From Octopus bimaculoides (taxonomy: Eukaryota), in NCBI RefSeq assembly GCF_001194135.2, contig NC_068982.1, positions 62,472,931 through 62,509,951 on the forward strand: a stretch of 37,021 nucleotides of DNA, in the 5' to 3' direction. Made by a program: the position numbers and the translations under genes. The notes beneath the pieces are model-generated. The model did not search any database. It was not told the origin of the DNA and worked only from the letters and a program-made list of their open reading frames with translations. Each line of letters starts with the position of its first letter. Within the stretch, counting starts at the first letter, position 1. Of the stretch, positions 1-10,589 are shown piece after piece.

Positions 1-310
1 TACATGCCAAAACATTTGAGAGACCTGCAAGACATGGATGCGGAGGTCTTCAAGACAAAACTCGACGCTTTCCTTTCCACGATACCAGACGAACCAATGG
101 CTCGGAATGAGACACAGTTTAGGGCAGCGATGTCAAATTCTCTTATACACCAGATGTGCCATCAAAACTCTTGATTGGGCTATATCAGGTGGAGGAGAAG
201 AGCCATGCAAAGAACGTGAAGAGAGCACAGTATAAAGACGGAAAGTCACGGTGGTGCTCCAGCATGACCACAGCCACTTGGCTGAAACCCATAAATAAAT
301 AAAAAATAAA
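1..310 (+). mobile_element. 3' end of a CR1/L2-group LINE (ORF2 C-terminus, 3' UTR, (TAAA)n tail)
   Basis: Frame 1 reads YMPKHLRDLQDMDAEVFKTKLDAFLSTIPDEPMARNETQFRAAMSNSLIHQMCHQNS* (stop at 172-174). The FKxxLDxFLxxIPDEP...SNSL pattern resembles CR1/L2-group ORF2 C-termini. A short UTR and TAAA repeats follow. Confidence 0.75.
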
Positions 311-439
311 TATATATGTGTGTGTGAGTATATATATATATATATATCGACCTGGCGGTTTAATACTGCAAATCAGACAATGTTGTTGCCTGTGTTTCAG
401 TTAAAGCTAAAATCTGTTCAGGTTACCTCTCTTCCGTTT

Positions 440-482
440 TTCCCATTGATAAAGGCTAAAGAAGTAGAAACGCGTCTGGGAA
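440..482 (+). ncRNA. Degenerate minimal type I hammerhead ribozyme (Penelope pLTR-like relic)
   Basis: Stem I TTCCCA (440-445) pairs perfectly with TGGGAA (477-482). Core TTGATAA (vs CTGATGA), weak stem II, GAAA (467-470), palindromic ACGCGT and a GTC cleavage triplet (474-476). Confidence 0.6.
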
Positions 483-703
483 TACGATAGGGGGGAGTAC
501 TGGGAAGATGTGGTGTTTTACACCCTTTTAGCAAAAGACAGAATTTTTTCTCCACGGTTACTGCAGTGAATTTCCTTTTAGAAGTTGAAATATGTCAGAA
601 ACAAATTTTAACTAACTTAAAGTTTGCTTATGCCTAAACATAGCTTAGCGCTGATACTGCTGAACATATATACATATCATATATATGTGGGCGAGGGGAG
701 CTG

Positions 704-706
<3 letters not shown>

Positions 707-735
<29 letters not shown>

Positions 736-761
736 TGTATGTATGTATGTATGTATGTCTA

Positions 762-793
<32 letters not shown>

Positions 794-805
794 TCNNNNN
801 NNNNN

Positions 806-836
<31 letters not shown>
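707..836. repeat. Compound microsatellite (TATG)n-(TCTG/TCTA)n-(TA)n with 10-N gap (796-805)
   Basis: Seen directly. Confidence 0.95.
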
Positions 837-839
<3 letters not shown>

Positions 840-1014
840 TTACATGTGTAAGAAAACTTATATATGCTTACATACCAAACAACCAGTTTACTATTTTCCT
901 CTGACATTTTGGGAATTATTTTTTACTTTCGAAGTGAATTATTATTGTTATGTCAAACAGAATGTCAAAGCAAAAGATTTAACATTCTATCTGGCATTGT
1001 GTTTGACATAAAAG

Positions 1015-1369
1015 TATTGTGTTGAGTCAAAAGTTTTGCAATATTTTGGTAACTTGTTTTCTTTATTTGTGAAGTTAAAACAAAAGCAGCCTAGCATTCA
1101 AAGTAGAGGCCATTGTGTTGAACTGTCTGAAGCCACACTTTTCTGCCGGTTCTCTAATCTCACGCTGATAATTCTTCTTGTCCTTCGAGGAGAATAACTC
1201 CTTCGCTGAAGCTTCCACCTCTGATNNNNNNNNNNATCTCACGCTGATAATTCTTCTTGTCCTTCGAGGAGAATAACTCCTTCGCTGAAGCTTCCACCTC
1301 TGATGGTTGATGAAGCTTCTCTAGCGCTGTAAGTGAGACATGGATAGGAACAAGTAATAATCCGAGCGG
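1015..1369 (-). mobile_element. Mariner (DD34D) transposon 3' fragment with terminal inverted repeat
   Basis: Minus strand reads PSDYYLFLSMSH...EVEASAKELFSSKDKKNYQRE...AEKWLQTVQHNGLYFEC*. It ends in a TIR-like TA-TTGTGTTGAGTCAAAAGTTTTGCAATATTTT at 1015-1047 (plus). Confidence 0.8.
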
Positions 1370-1971
1370 GGTGGTTTTCCGCAATCCTAACATGCACAAG
1401 CAGTGGTTAAGTGAGGGCCAGCTTCTAGAAACTGTGACTAAACATGAGCGTTTCGAACATAAGGTGATGCTCCGTGTCTGGTGGAATTATGATGGAACAA
1501 TTCACTACGAAAAGGTTTCCGAACCATCGATGCAAACCTGTGTTCCGAACAGCTGGAGCGGGTGGATGCCATTCTGCGGCTTAAGCGCCCGGCATTAGTA
1601 ACACACACAGCGAGCTCTTTAACAGCAAGATAACACAAGACCTCATGCCGCTCGACCGACCAGGAATAAACTCCAGGAATATAATGGAATCGAACCAATG
1701 CCACAAGCTGCATATAGTCCGGATCTGGTTCCCTCGGATTATAACCTGTTCCAATCCATGGTTCACTTCCTGCGCTCGCGACGCTTCATCAGGAAGTGAA
1801 GGTGGAAGATGCAGTGAAAGAGTTCTTCGCCTCGAAGGACAAGAATTAGTACCAGCAAGAGATCAAAGAACTAGCACTCTATTCTGAGTGCAAGGCTGCT
1901 TTAGTTTTAACTTGACGAATAAAGCAAATATGTTACAAAAAATATTGCAATGCATTTGAGTCAGTGTAATA
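1370..1971 (+). mobile_element. Mariner (DD34D) transposase pseudogene, catalytic domain to 3' TIR
   Basis: Frameshifted motifs VFRNPNMHKQW, KVMLRVWWNYDGTIHYE, QQDNTRPH, YSPDLVPSDYNLFQSM and EVEDAVKEFFASKDK. TIR-like end AAAATATTGCAATGCATTTGAGTCAGTGTAA-TA. Confidence 0.9.
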
Positions 1972-2000
1972 ATAATAATAATGATGATGATGATGATAAT

Positions 2001-2660
2001 GATATCAGTATGGAATTTGGGATTACCAAATGCTCAGTATTTAATATGAAAAGAGGGAAGAAAGCATCCTGCATAGGATTGCGGTTACCAAGCAAAACCC
2101 TAACAATGGCCGAGAAGCTCAGGATTCAGAGCAGAGACTGAAGGAATTTTAATTGCAGCACAAGATCAAAGCCTCCCCACCAGAAATTACCAAAACCATG
2201 TAATGCAAAGAAATACAAATAACTGCAGAATATGTGGAGATGGGAAGAAACAATAAATTATATTGTCTCTGTCTGCCCAATCCTGGCTAAGAAAGAATAT
2301 ATTCACAGATAGACAAAGTTGGGACTTATATACAATGGAAACTATGCCAACACTATCGAATAACAATAGAAAAAGATGGTATAGGCACATGCCAGAAAAC
2401 GTCACAGAAAATGAGAAAGCAACCATACTCTGATATATGCCAATACACACAGATAGAGAAATTAAGGCCAATAAGCCAGATATAGTTGTCAGAGATCACC
2501 AAGAATAAAAATACTTCTTAATCGATGTAATCAATACCAATGTTTCTCTAACAAAAACGGAGAAACTTTCAAAATACAAAGATCTGGAAATAGAGGTAAC
2601 TCGAATGAGGAGTCTAAAAACAGAAACAATTCCTATCATAGTGGGCGCATTATATCTGAT
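2001..2660 (+). mobile_element. R4/Dong-like non-LTR retrotransposon relic (RT end, CCHC knuckle, restriction-like endonuclease), internally deleted
   Basis: DISMEFGITKCSVFNMKRGK (end of RT), then ETEGILIAAQDQSLPTRNY, CRICGDG-ETINYIVSVC (from ~2224), NKPDIVVRD..LIDV (~2470-2530) and EKLSKYKDL..TIPIIVGAL. Several frameshifts and stops. Confidence 0.85.
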
Positions 2661-2872
2661 TCTAATGTTATCTGGTTTCAATTTGTTTACCAGTTAAACA
2701 CCTCTAAATGGTCGTTCTATTTGCTAGATATAGTCACTAGATCTTTCTCAAATGACATACTACTGTCTTAATTAAGACGAGGCACAATAGATAATGAAGA
2801 TGTGACTAAAAGATAGGGTGATGGTAGCTGGAACACCTCTGATCATAGTGTTTCGCTAAAGCTGCCAAAGGT

Positions 2873-2880
<8 letters not shown>
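2660..2880 (+). mobile_element. Retroposon 3' tail ending GGTTAAAC(AAC)n (RTE-like, family unassigned)
   Basis: Ends ...GCTGGAACACCTCTGATCATAG...GGTTAAACAACAAC. A similar end lies on the minus strand at 3975-4040. Confidence 0.45.
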
Positions 2881-2954
<74 letters not shown>

Positions 2955-3078
2955 TAATAATAATAAAAATAATAGTGATAATAATAATAATAATTATTAT
3001 TATTATAATGATAATAATAATAATAAATAAAACAATAACAACAACAACAGTAGCAACAGCAGCAACAACATTAACAAC
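2876..3078. repeat. (AAC)n-(AAT)n-(AGC/AAC)n trinucleotide microsatellite
   Basis: Seen directly. Confidence 0.95.
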
Positions 3079-3974
3079 ATCTATTTCATGAGTAACTTCA
3101 GCTTTACATGATAGTCCTAACACGCAACTCAATTCAACAACACTATTTGGTCACCGTGCCTTAACTGGAATTCACTTTGTTGTAAATAGTCATACAAGGC
3201 CCCAATCAATTCTGAAGGTGTTTAGGCTGGAAATCAACGCATACGATTTTAAAAGTCGGGTAGGGACTGCAAAGGTGTCATTCAAGGGTTCATTCTGGCC
3301 TGCTAACAATGAAAATACACCACGCACAGGGGACGGAATGGAAAGTTCAAAACAAAAAGAAACACTTTATTACATAATTCTCTCTCTCTTTCTCTTTTTT
3401 ACTTGCTCTCTCTCCCTCTCTCCCCCCTCTCTCTCTCTTACCCATTCACTCTTTCTATCTTTCTATCGTTCTCATGTTCTTACTCTTAACTTCTATCTGT
3501 TTGTATATTTTGCTCTTAGTGCAGCAACTTCATATCAGAACATAACAGGGTTGTAGCGATAAGTATATAAAAATCTACCGTTATTCTGTCAGTCAAAGAC
3601 ATCTATTGTGAAGATGAATATCTTCCTTCTGACATTCAATGACGTGAACAGGATCAATATTAAAACCAGACATTTCTCATGTTCTCAGCTTTAAACATCT
3701 TTGCAAGAAAAGGTATTCAATGGCAAGATATATGCACCAACACGCATACATACATACATTTACTGATTCACGTTATCTTAAAGTTAACATTTTGGCTTAG
3801 CATGGCTTCGATTTACAGAGATTATTCAATGAATATTTTGGCATGAGAATAAAGGAATAAATAATGGTGAAATACATGAAGCCAAGGCAGGAAATGACAA
3901 AGAAGGAAAAAACGTTGTGACTCATTGCGAATCACTGACATAGAAAATGTCTCTTTAGTTGGGTGTATAAATAG

Positions 3975-4200
3975 ATGTTTAACCCCTGATCAGCTGTTCC
4001 TCAGTAGATCTATGAAGAAAGCCTTCCAGTCGAGATTATACACCTTTTTGTATACGAGGGACTGTATTGTATAATGTATCCTTCTCTTTTGGAGATGTAT
4101 GCAAAGGGATCTGTTAATCGGGATTGCTTGTGTATATGCAACTGACAAGTTCCTCTTCATAGCGCATGTCTGATTAACTTGTGAAAAACTAGCTGTTGTC
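3975..4200 (-). mobile_element. Second copy of the GGTTAAAC-ended retroposon tail
   Basis: Minus strand CTGGAAGGCTTTCTTCATAGATCTACTGAGGAACAGCTGATCAGGGGTTAAAC resembles 2825-2877. Confidence 0.45.
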
Positions 4201-4261
4201 TATGGAACAAATAACCTCTTTCTTTGTCATCTATGCTGTCTTGTTAAAAAGCTGAGCCGAC

Positions 4262-4435
4262 ACTGCTCAACATCAGTATCGTCAAAGGTTTTGCAGTTAG
4301 AATGTAAAGAGCAGAAACATATACTACAAAGAATCTTGTCCGACTCACGCACAATTCTGCTGGTCCACCATCTTGGTTCACCATTTGAATAACCATCGAC
4401 CCTGAAAGGATAAAAGGCATATCTGACCTTGGTTA
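4262..4435 (-). mobile_element. Two diverged fragments of SINE family A
   Basis: Minus AAGGTCAGATATGCCTTTTATCCTTTCAGGGTCGATG and CAGCAGAATTGTGCGTGAGTCGGACAAGATTCTT...CTTTACATTCT match the family A middle and head. Confidence 0.45.
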
Positions 4436-5339
4436 GACATGAACTCATAGCGCAGAGTGATAGTTTAGATGGACTGATAGCCAACACACGCGCGTGCGCG
4501 CATCTATAATTGCATATTTTTCCATATATGTTCGAGTACTTTCCAATCCTTAGAGACGCGTTAAAGGTTTACGGCACTTTATACCTGGTTGCTTTTTAAC
4601 ATAGTTAGCTGTACACTTTTCAAATCGACGTCTGTGACAATCTATTCTGTAATTTGTAGAATTCCACGAAGCCTGCTGCAAAAGCCTTGCCGTTGAGAAA
4701 TGCTACCGAAACTGCCGCCCTGGGTAATTATTGTCGATTATTTTATTCATCTCTCTCATATATTTTACGGTTTGGGAAACTTCTTACATTTACTTCGTCA
4801 ATTTGTTGCATAATTTTCTGGTCAAACCTATTGTAACCACCCAGATATATATTAATACTGATTGGATATTGACTGCTGAAAAACTAACCTAGAAAAAAGA
4901 TCATGGATTGTTTTCCCACCACTAATATGTTTAAAATAAAACACACACACACATACACGGCATGCATGTATTGTTAAATTCACAAATTTGTTACAATTCT
5001 GAGAAAGAACAACTATTACTGGCTTCGAATCGAAGCAAGGGTTTGAATCCTCTTAAACTGGCCAAGTCCATCCTTGATGAAAATTTTCAAAACAACCATA
5101 ATAGCTCCCCTGAAGTTATTTCTCACACCTTCAGAACAAGCGCGCAGAGGGAATTTACTGCACGTAAAAATAAGTATATTTTTTTATTGAAAGGACGTGT
5201 ACATCTGTTTCATTGCGGACTTACTGCCCTCGTCAGGTTTTTTTAGCTACATGTTGTTACTATGTGTTTGTATGTAAGACCCATACATATACACTCAAAC
5301 AAACGCATATGTATACACTGACTAACGCATATACTAAAT

Positions 5340-7430
5340 ATATATTAAAAGGATGGACAGAGAGAGTGAACGGGAAGAGAAAGATGTAGGAAAGGAACGG
5401 AATATAAATATACGAAGACAGAAGCTCCGGAGAAAAGAACGGAAATCAAAAAATCCAGATGGATTTAGGAAAACACACTTGCGGAAAATATATTATATAA
5501 AGATCTGTAAAGAGCAAAGTGTATATTAAGGAAAAAGTGGAGCCTATAGTGAGTTCATTACCAGAATATGAATTTTCTCTTGTATATGTAGATGGAAAAA
5601 TCTCTTACTTGACTTATAGATGTAAAGTTGGTTCCTGCAAATTTCTATGAATTATGCTCTTTTCTACTAGGCAAAACTTGCATTTCTTGGTACCATTCAT
5701 GTAAGGTCTGGAATTTTTGCGATTCTCCAGCTCATGTCAAAGCCTAGATATCTTCTTTTCATTGCCCGATGTACATTCTAATCTTTGTCCTATTCCGTTT
5801 TTCGGTGAGGCATCCTTTCTTCAGTCTAATATAACGTTTATTTTGATATTCTGGTTCTCATCAGTAGTTTTCAGTTACGCCTCATAAAGGATTGGCTCAA
5901 TGCTTTATACCATATTCAGCGGATGCGCTGTAAGATTCAAGCATGAACAACCAGCCTCAACAGTAGGGCTGCATTTGTTTCATATTATTTGTTTCAGATA
6001 GGGGTGTAGCTATAGGTGATCTTAACTGTGTGTTTATTGAAAAATCTTGTGAATTTCTGTCTTTGTTGGGGATGGCTTCTTTAAATTAAAGATGTTACTT
6101 ATATAAGGTTTAACTTTGAGTGAGAAGTGGCATACAAACCAAATTACAAAATTGTACCTAGTTCTTTTGGCGGCACACTGGCTGTGATCGTATGATGATA
6201 GGCTAGAGATTGGTCTGCTCACATCAATCAAGAGTTTCTTAAATACTAGAGAGGGTGACAGAAAACTCTGTTAATGCATGTAAATTTCTCATTTTGATTC
6301 CTAAAAGGCTTAATGGAATCAGTACTAATGTCCAGAGTGACACCCAGAAAATTAACTACTCCAAGGTTAGTTTCTATAATAATTTTTATATTGACGGAAA
6401 TGAAAGTATCTATAATGTTTATTTTAAAGCCATCTAGTGTGGTTGAAGGTGGATAGTGGAGGGTAATCTTCTTTCAAAAAGATCTGACATAAGAAGTCTA
6501 AAAAGGTTTCAGTTGTTTGTGCCATAGAACGAGCCCAGGATTACACCGAACACTGGGTCTGCCCTCCGTTATTGTTTTTACCTCGGTTGAGACCTTCTCC
6601 ATGAAGAGGATCTTCCTGGCATGAAATATGGTCTTTAAAGTCTTTGGTGCTTATCGGAGCGTATAGCTTAGCAAAATCGAGTGTTTTAGTGAACACATTT
6701 TTGAATATGAAAAGTTGAACATCGACAGTATCGAACTAGGTGAGCCTAGTGTTGTTCTCATCTCATATGTTTGAACCTAGGGATAGCCTAGGTGTTATTC
6801 CATTTAGCAATGTTGTGTTTTTTTAAAATTGTAATGTTGATACTTAATATTTTCCTATTGATGAAACTCATCTATAATTTGGGATATATTAACCTAGATA
6901 AATGTTTGGATATAAAGTTATTTTTATGGTTCTTAATGGCGATAACAGTTATAAATTTGGTGAGTGTTTCTATCCAACTGTCTATGTGTAAGTTTGAAGA
7001 TATGCATTTAGAGTTAATGTTCCAACTACTGTGTATCTAGAGTAAATTCGAGTAATGTTGCTATTGAGAACCTGACAGCAAAAATCAGGGTTTATCTCAT
7101 AAATGTTCTTTGTTTTGTCCAAGGATGACACGGTCTTATTGCATCTTTGCAGTTGGGATCTTAAGGAACCCAAATCCTTGAGGTCTGATTCGAAGTACTT
7201 GGAGGAAAATTTTCGTTATCTTATGTCCCCATGTTTGTTGGTCATGTCTTGTCAGGAGAAGTCATGGAAGTCGGTTTTTTAACAAGGCTTACTATCTCTT
7301 CCAGCAGTTTCTCGTTGATTGGTTCGTTTAATGGAGTAGAGCTGGTCTTCATCGTGTCGTTAAGGTTCATAATGACCAGCATAAGATAGTAAAGGGAATG
7401 ACACCATCCCATAAATCAGCATCTACTTAA
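5340..7430 (-). mobile_element. Decayed Penelope-like retroelement (RT plus GIY-YIG endonuclease), near full length
   Basis: Ordered Penelope motifs on the minus strand: DKTKNIYEI..LNSNITRIY (~7140-7050), IKNHKNNFISK..RLIYP, KWNNT, FDTVD (~6730), VVNFLGVTLD..KPFRNQN..CHP (~6360-6255), IWFVCHFS, HKIF-NKHTVKITYS (~6050-6005) and PYMNGTKKCKFCLVEKSII (~5706-5650). Many stops and frameshifts. Confidence 0.85.
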
Positions 7431-7466
7431 CTACGACGAAACAGGAATACGGATATATTCAATAAT

Positions 7467-7520
<54 letters not shown>

Positions 7521-8076
7521 NNNNNNNNNNNNNNNNNNNNNNNNNNNNNNNNNNNNNNNNNNNNNNNNNNNNNNNNNNNNNNNNNNNNNNNNNNNNNNNN
7601 NNNNNNNNNNNNNNNNNNNNNNNNNNNNNNNNNNNNNNNNNNNNNNNNNNNNNNNNNNNNNNNNNNNNNNNNNNNNNNNNNNNNNNNNNNNNNNNNNNNN
7701 NNNNNNNNNNNNNNNNNNNNNNNNNNNNNNNNNNNNNNNNNNNNNNNNNNNNNNNNNNNNNNNNNNNNNNNNNNNNNNNNNNNNNNNNNNNNNNNNNNNN
7801 NNNNNNNNNNNNNNNNNNNNNNNNNNNNNNNNNNNNNNNNNNNNNNNNNNNNNNNNNNNNNNNNNNNNNNNNNNNNNNNNNNNNNNNNNNNNNNNNNNNN
7901 NNNNNNNNNNNNNNNNNNNNNNNNNNNNNNNNNNNNNNNNNNNNNNNNNNNNNNNNNNNNNNNNNNNNNNNNNNNNNNNNNNNNNNNNNNNNNNNNNNNN
8001 NNNNNNNNNNNNNNNNNNNNNNNNNNNNNNNNNNNNNNNNNNNNNNNNNNNNNNNNNNNNNNNNNNNNNNNNNNNN
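7521..8076. other. Assembly gap flanked by (CA)n. Other gaps: 796-805, 1226-1235, 11096-11774, 13385-13667, 24274-24355, 30333-31208, 33926-34035
   Basis: N runs seen directly. Confidence 0.99.
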
Positions 8077-8121
<45 letters not shown>

Positions 8122-8254
8122 TCCACACTTGAGAGTTTAGTGACATTACTTCATTACTTCCACCATGGTAACAAATAAGATTCGTTGAGATGTGTTGTCG
8201 CTAGTCTGCGATTTCACATGCACAACCTCAATGTAAACTAAATCTCATTAATTA

Positions 8255-8478
8255 CTTCATTGCGTATGCTTGCATGTCTGTCTGCCTGCTTGCATATATG
8301 TATGTGTATATGTAAGCATGCGTGTATGCATGTAGGTGTGTGTGAATGTCTATATGCATGTATATATATGTATATGTTTGTATGTATGTATGCATGTATG
8401 TATGTATGTGCGTATGTATATATGCATGCATATATGTATGCATGAGTGTGAGTAAGTGAATGAATGCGTATGCGTGCG
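8255..8478. repeat. Degenerate (TATG/CATG/TG)n microsatellite block
   Basis: Seen directly. Confidence 0.9.
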
Positions 8479-8499
8479 TAATAGAGTTACTGAAGGAAT

Positions 8500-8890
8500 C
8501 GTTTCATCTCACGACATCATAGATCTGCGCTTAGAAAATCTTGCTTCTGTCTCATTGGTAGAGCATCGACCGATGTTTCTATAGAGACCAACACGTGATT
8601 GACATCCCGGCTGTAGCGACTGCTTGAAAGCGCTGTCTGCCTGTTTTGTCCTGTTGCTGTTTTTACTGTCGATTTTGTTTTTCTTCATCACTAAACTTCA
8701 GCCTCTCCCCTCATAATTTTAAACCCTTGTCTAGTTCTGGTTCTGGTTTCCAGCAGGAGCGATCATCATTAACGTCTTCCCACGTTCCAACGTTCTTGTG
8801 AAGAGAATTCACGTCTCTCATACAGACGACTTTGAAACAAATATGGGCCATGCCTGTATTTTCTGGTCGGAGGCCAGTTCACGTGATATT
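8500..8890 (-). mobile_element. RTE-clade LINE 3' fragment (post-RT C-terminus)
   Basis: Minus strand ELAS..FKVVCMRD..WEDVNDDRSCW (RTE FKDxxKRD...W...DRxxW pattern), then GCQSRVGLYRNIGRC (degenerate terminal zinc-finger CxSRIGLxxHxRxC). Confidence 0.7.
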
Positions 8891-9280
8891 CTCTCTTCAA
8901 CAATTACGAGCTTTTGTTTGAACAAAACTTCAACTTAAACAAATAAAGTGCAAAATAATATAGAAACTTAAATTTTATGTCATTATAAGTTTACTGTGAG
9001 AGGACATTTAAGTTAATAGTAAATTCTTAACTGTAAATTTAATACGAAAACTCTAGTGGATTGCTGTACACCATAACACAATCTATGCATTGATGTAAGT
9101 TATGGTGTATATAAGGATGTCGAAAAATATTGAATGTAATTGAATTAATAGTTATTACAGTAGGTAAAAATTAGTTCCTATGTCTATAAGGAAGTAAAAT
9201 GCAGAAAAGTACAAACAAATTGGAAGAAAATGGGAAACTAATGGATGCGTACACACATCTTTCTTCTATCTTTCATCTAT

Positions 9281-9478
9281 TTACTTGTTCCAGTCATTTG
9301 ACTGCGGCCATACTGGGGCACTACCTTGAGGAATTGTAGTTGAATGAATCAATCCCAGTATTTATTTTTTAAAGCCTGATCCTTATGCTGACTCTTTTGC
9401 CGAAACGCTGAGTTATAGGGACGTAAGCATGCTAATACTGGCCGTCAAGTGGTGATGGGGTCAAACACAGACACAAAG
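9281..9478 (-). mobile_element. SINE family C, 3' half (preceded in element orientation by a TG/GA microsatellite)
   Basis: Minus CCCTATAACTCAGCGTTTCGGCAAAAGAG...GGTAGTGCCCCAGTATGGCCGCAGTCAAATGACTGGAACAAGTAA. Confidence 0.8.
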
Positions 9479-9503
9479 ATACACGCACACGCACACACAC
9501 ATA

Positions 9504-9542
<39 letters not shown>

Positions 9543-9720
9543 GTAAGTACATAGATGCTAAACAAGGTAGAAAAAGTAGTACTCGAATACCAAAGGTAGA
9601 GCAATATACTATTTATTAAAACCGAAAGGAATCTTCACAAACTGTTACTCAGAGTTTTACATGACCGTTTGTCAGACAGTTGTGATAATACAGAATAATA
9701 TACGAGTATATATAATATGA

Positions 9721-9928
9721 TAATCCTTTCTACTTTAGGCACATGACCTGAAATTTTGGGGAGGGGGTAGATGATTACATCTATCCTAGTACTCAGCTGC
9801 TACTTATTTTATCGACCCCAAAAGCTTAAAACGCAAAGTCGACCTCGGAAGAATTTGAACTTAGAACATGAAGACGGACGAAATACCGCTAAGCATTTCT
9901 CCTGGCGTGCTAACGATTCTGCCAGTTC
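9721..9928 (-). mobile_element. tRNA-derived SINE family A
   Basis: Head CTGGCAGAATCGTTAGCACGCCAGG, B-box-like AAGTTCAAATTC, middle GGGGTCGATAAAATAAGTA, tail GTGCCTAAAGTAGAAAGGATTA. Confidence 0.85.
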
Positions 9929-10262
9929 AATATAATAATACAGTTCAAAAATATGGTAAGTGATATAGGAAAGCACCTTCCCTCATTGTCATCGGACGAG
10001 ACAGCTTTTCATGCTGTCTCCCCGTATTATAATGTTATACTGCGTAATAACAGAGAAGATCCCCTATATTGACAATGTAGGTAACCATTATAGGACTCAT
10101 AGAACTAGAGTAGAAAGGTTTTGTGGTATAATCCTACATGTATTATTACCGATAGAACCAATGCAGGTAGAGAATTTTTAATATTGTTCTATATTTAAGA
10201 GATGAGAAATTATGTACATTATTTACATTTGACGGATATTTGTCCTCATCTTGTATGTTGTT

Positions 10263-10308
10263 AACATAACGTTTCGGCTGATATATTCTCCAGCCTTCAT
10301 CAGGTGTC
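10263..10308 (-). ncRNA. Minimal type I hammerhead ribozyme core (left arm)
   Basis: GACAC-CTGATGA-A-GGCTG-gagaatatat-CAGCC-GAAA-CGTT-ATGTT. Core intact, 5-bp stem II, palindromic AACGTT, one mismatch in stem I. Confidence 0.7.
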
Positions 10309-10428
10309 TTGGGGAAATTTCGAACCTGGGTTCTCATTCCTAAGGTATTTTTCAATGTTGTTGTTGTTATTCTTGGGGTTAATAGCCCGCGCTCTTAACC
10401 ACTACGCCATATTCCCACGGGCATATGA

Positions 10429-10496
<68 letters not shown>

Positions 10497-10543
10497 TCGA
10501 AAAATCCCTTAGGAATGAGAACCCAGGTTCGAAATTTTCCCAA

Positions 10544-10589
10544 GACACCTGATGAAGGCTGGAGGGTATGTCAGCCGAAACGTTATATT
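10544..10589 (+). ncRNA. Minimal type I hammerhead ribozyme core (right arm)
   Basis: GACAC-CTGATGA(10549-10555)-A-GGCTG-gagggtatgt-CAGCC-GAAA(10577-10580)-CGTT-ATATT. Two mismatches in stem I. Confidence 0.65.

Noticed and set aside
1157-1304. 69-bp direct duplication either side of the 10-N gap (1157-1225 and 1236-1304)
   Set aside because: Identical copies around a nominal 10-N gap are typical of an uncollapsed contig overlap (assembly artefact).
3130-3310. Minus-strand open frame GQNEPLNDTFAVPTRLLKSY..
   Set aside because: Needs a phase 1 entry, which does not follow the phase 0 end at 12462. No recognisable motif.
9067-9109. 11-bp perfect hairpin TACACCATAAC/GTTATGGTGTA (also the 8-bp hairpin at 9998-10020)
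   Set aside because: Could be a DNA-transposon or Helitron-type end, but there is no second terminus or CTRR motif.
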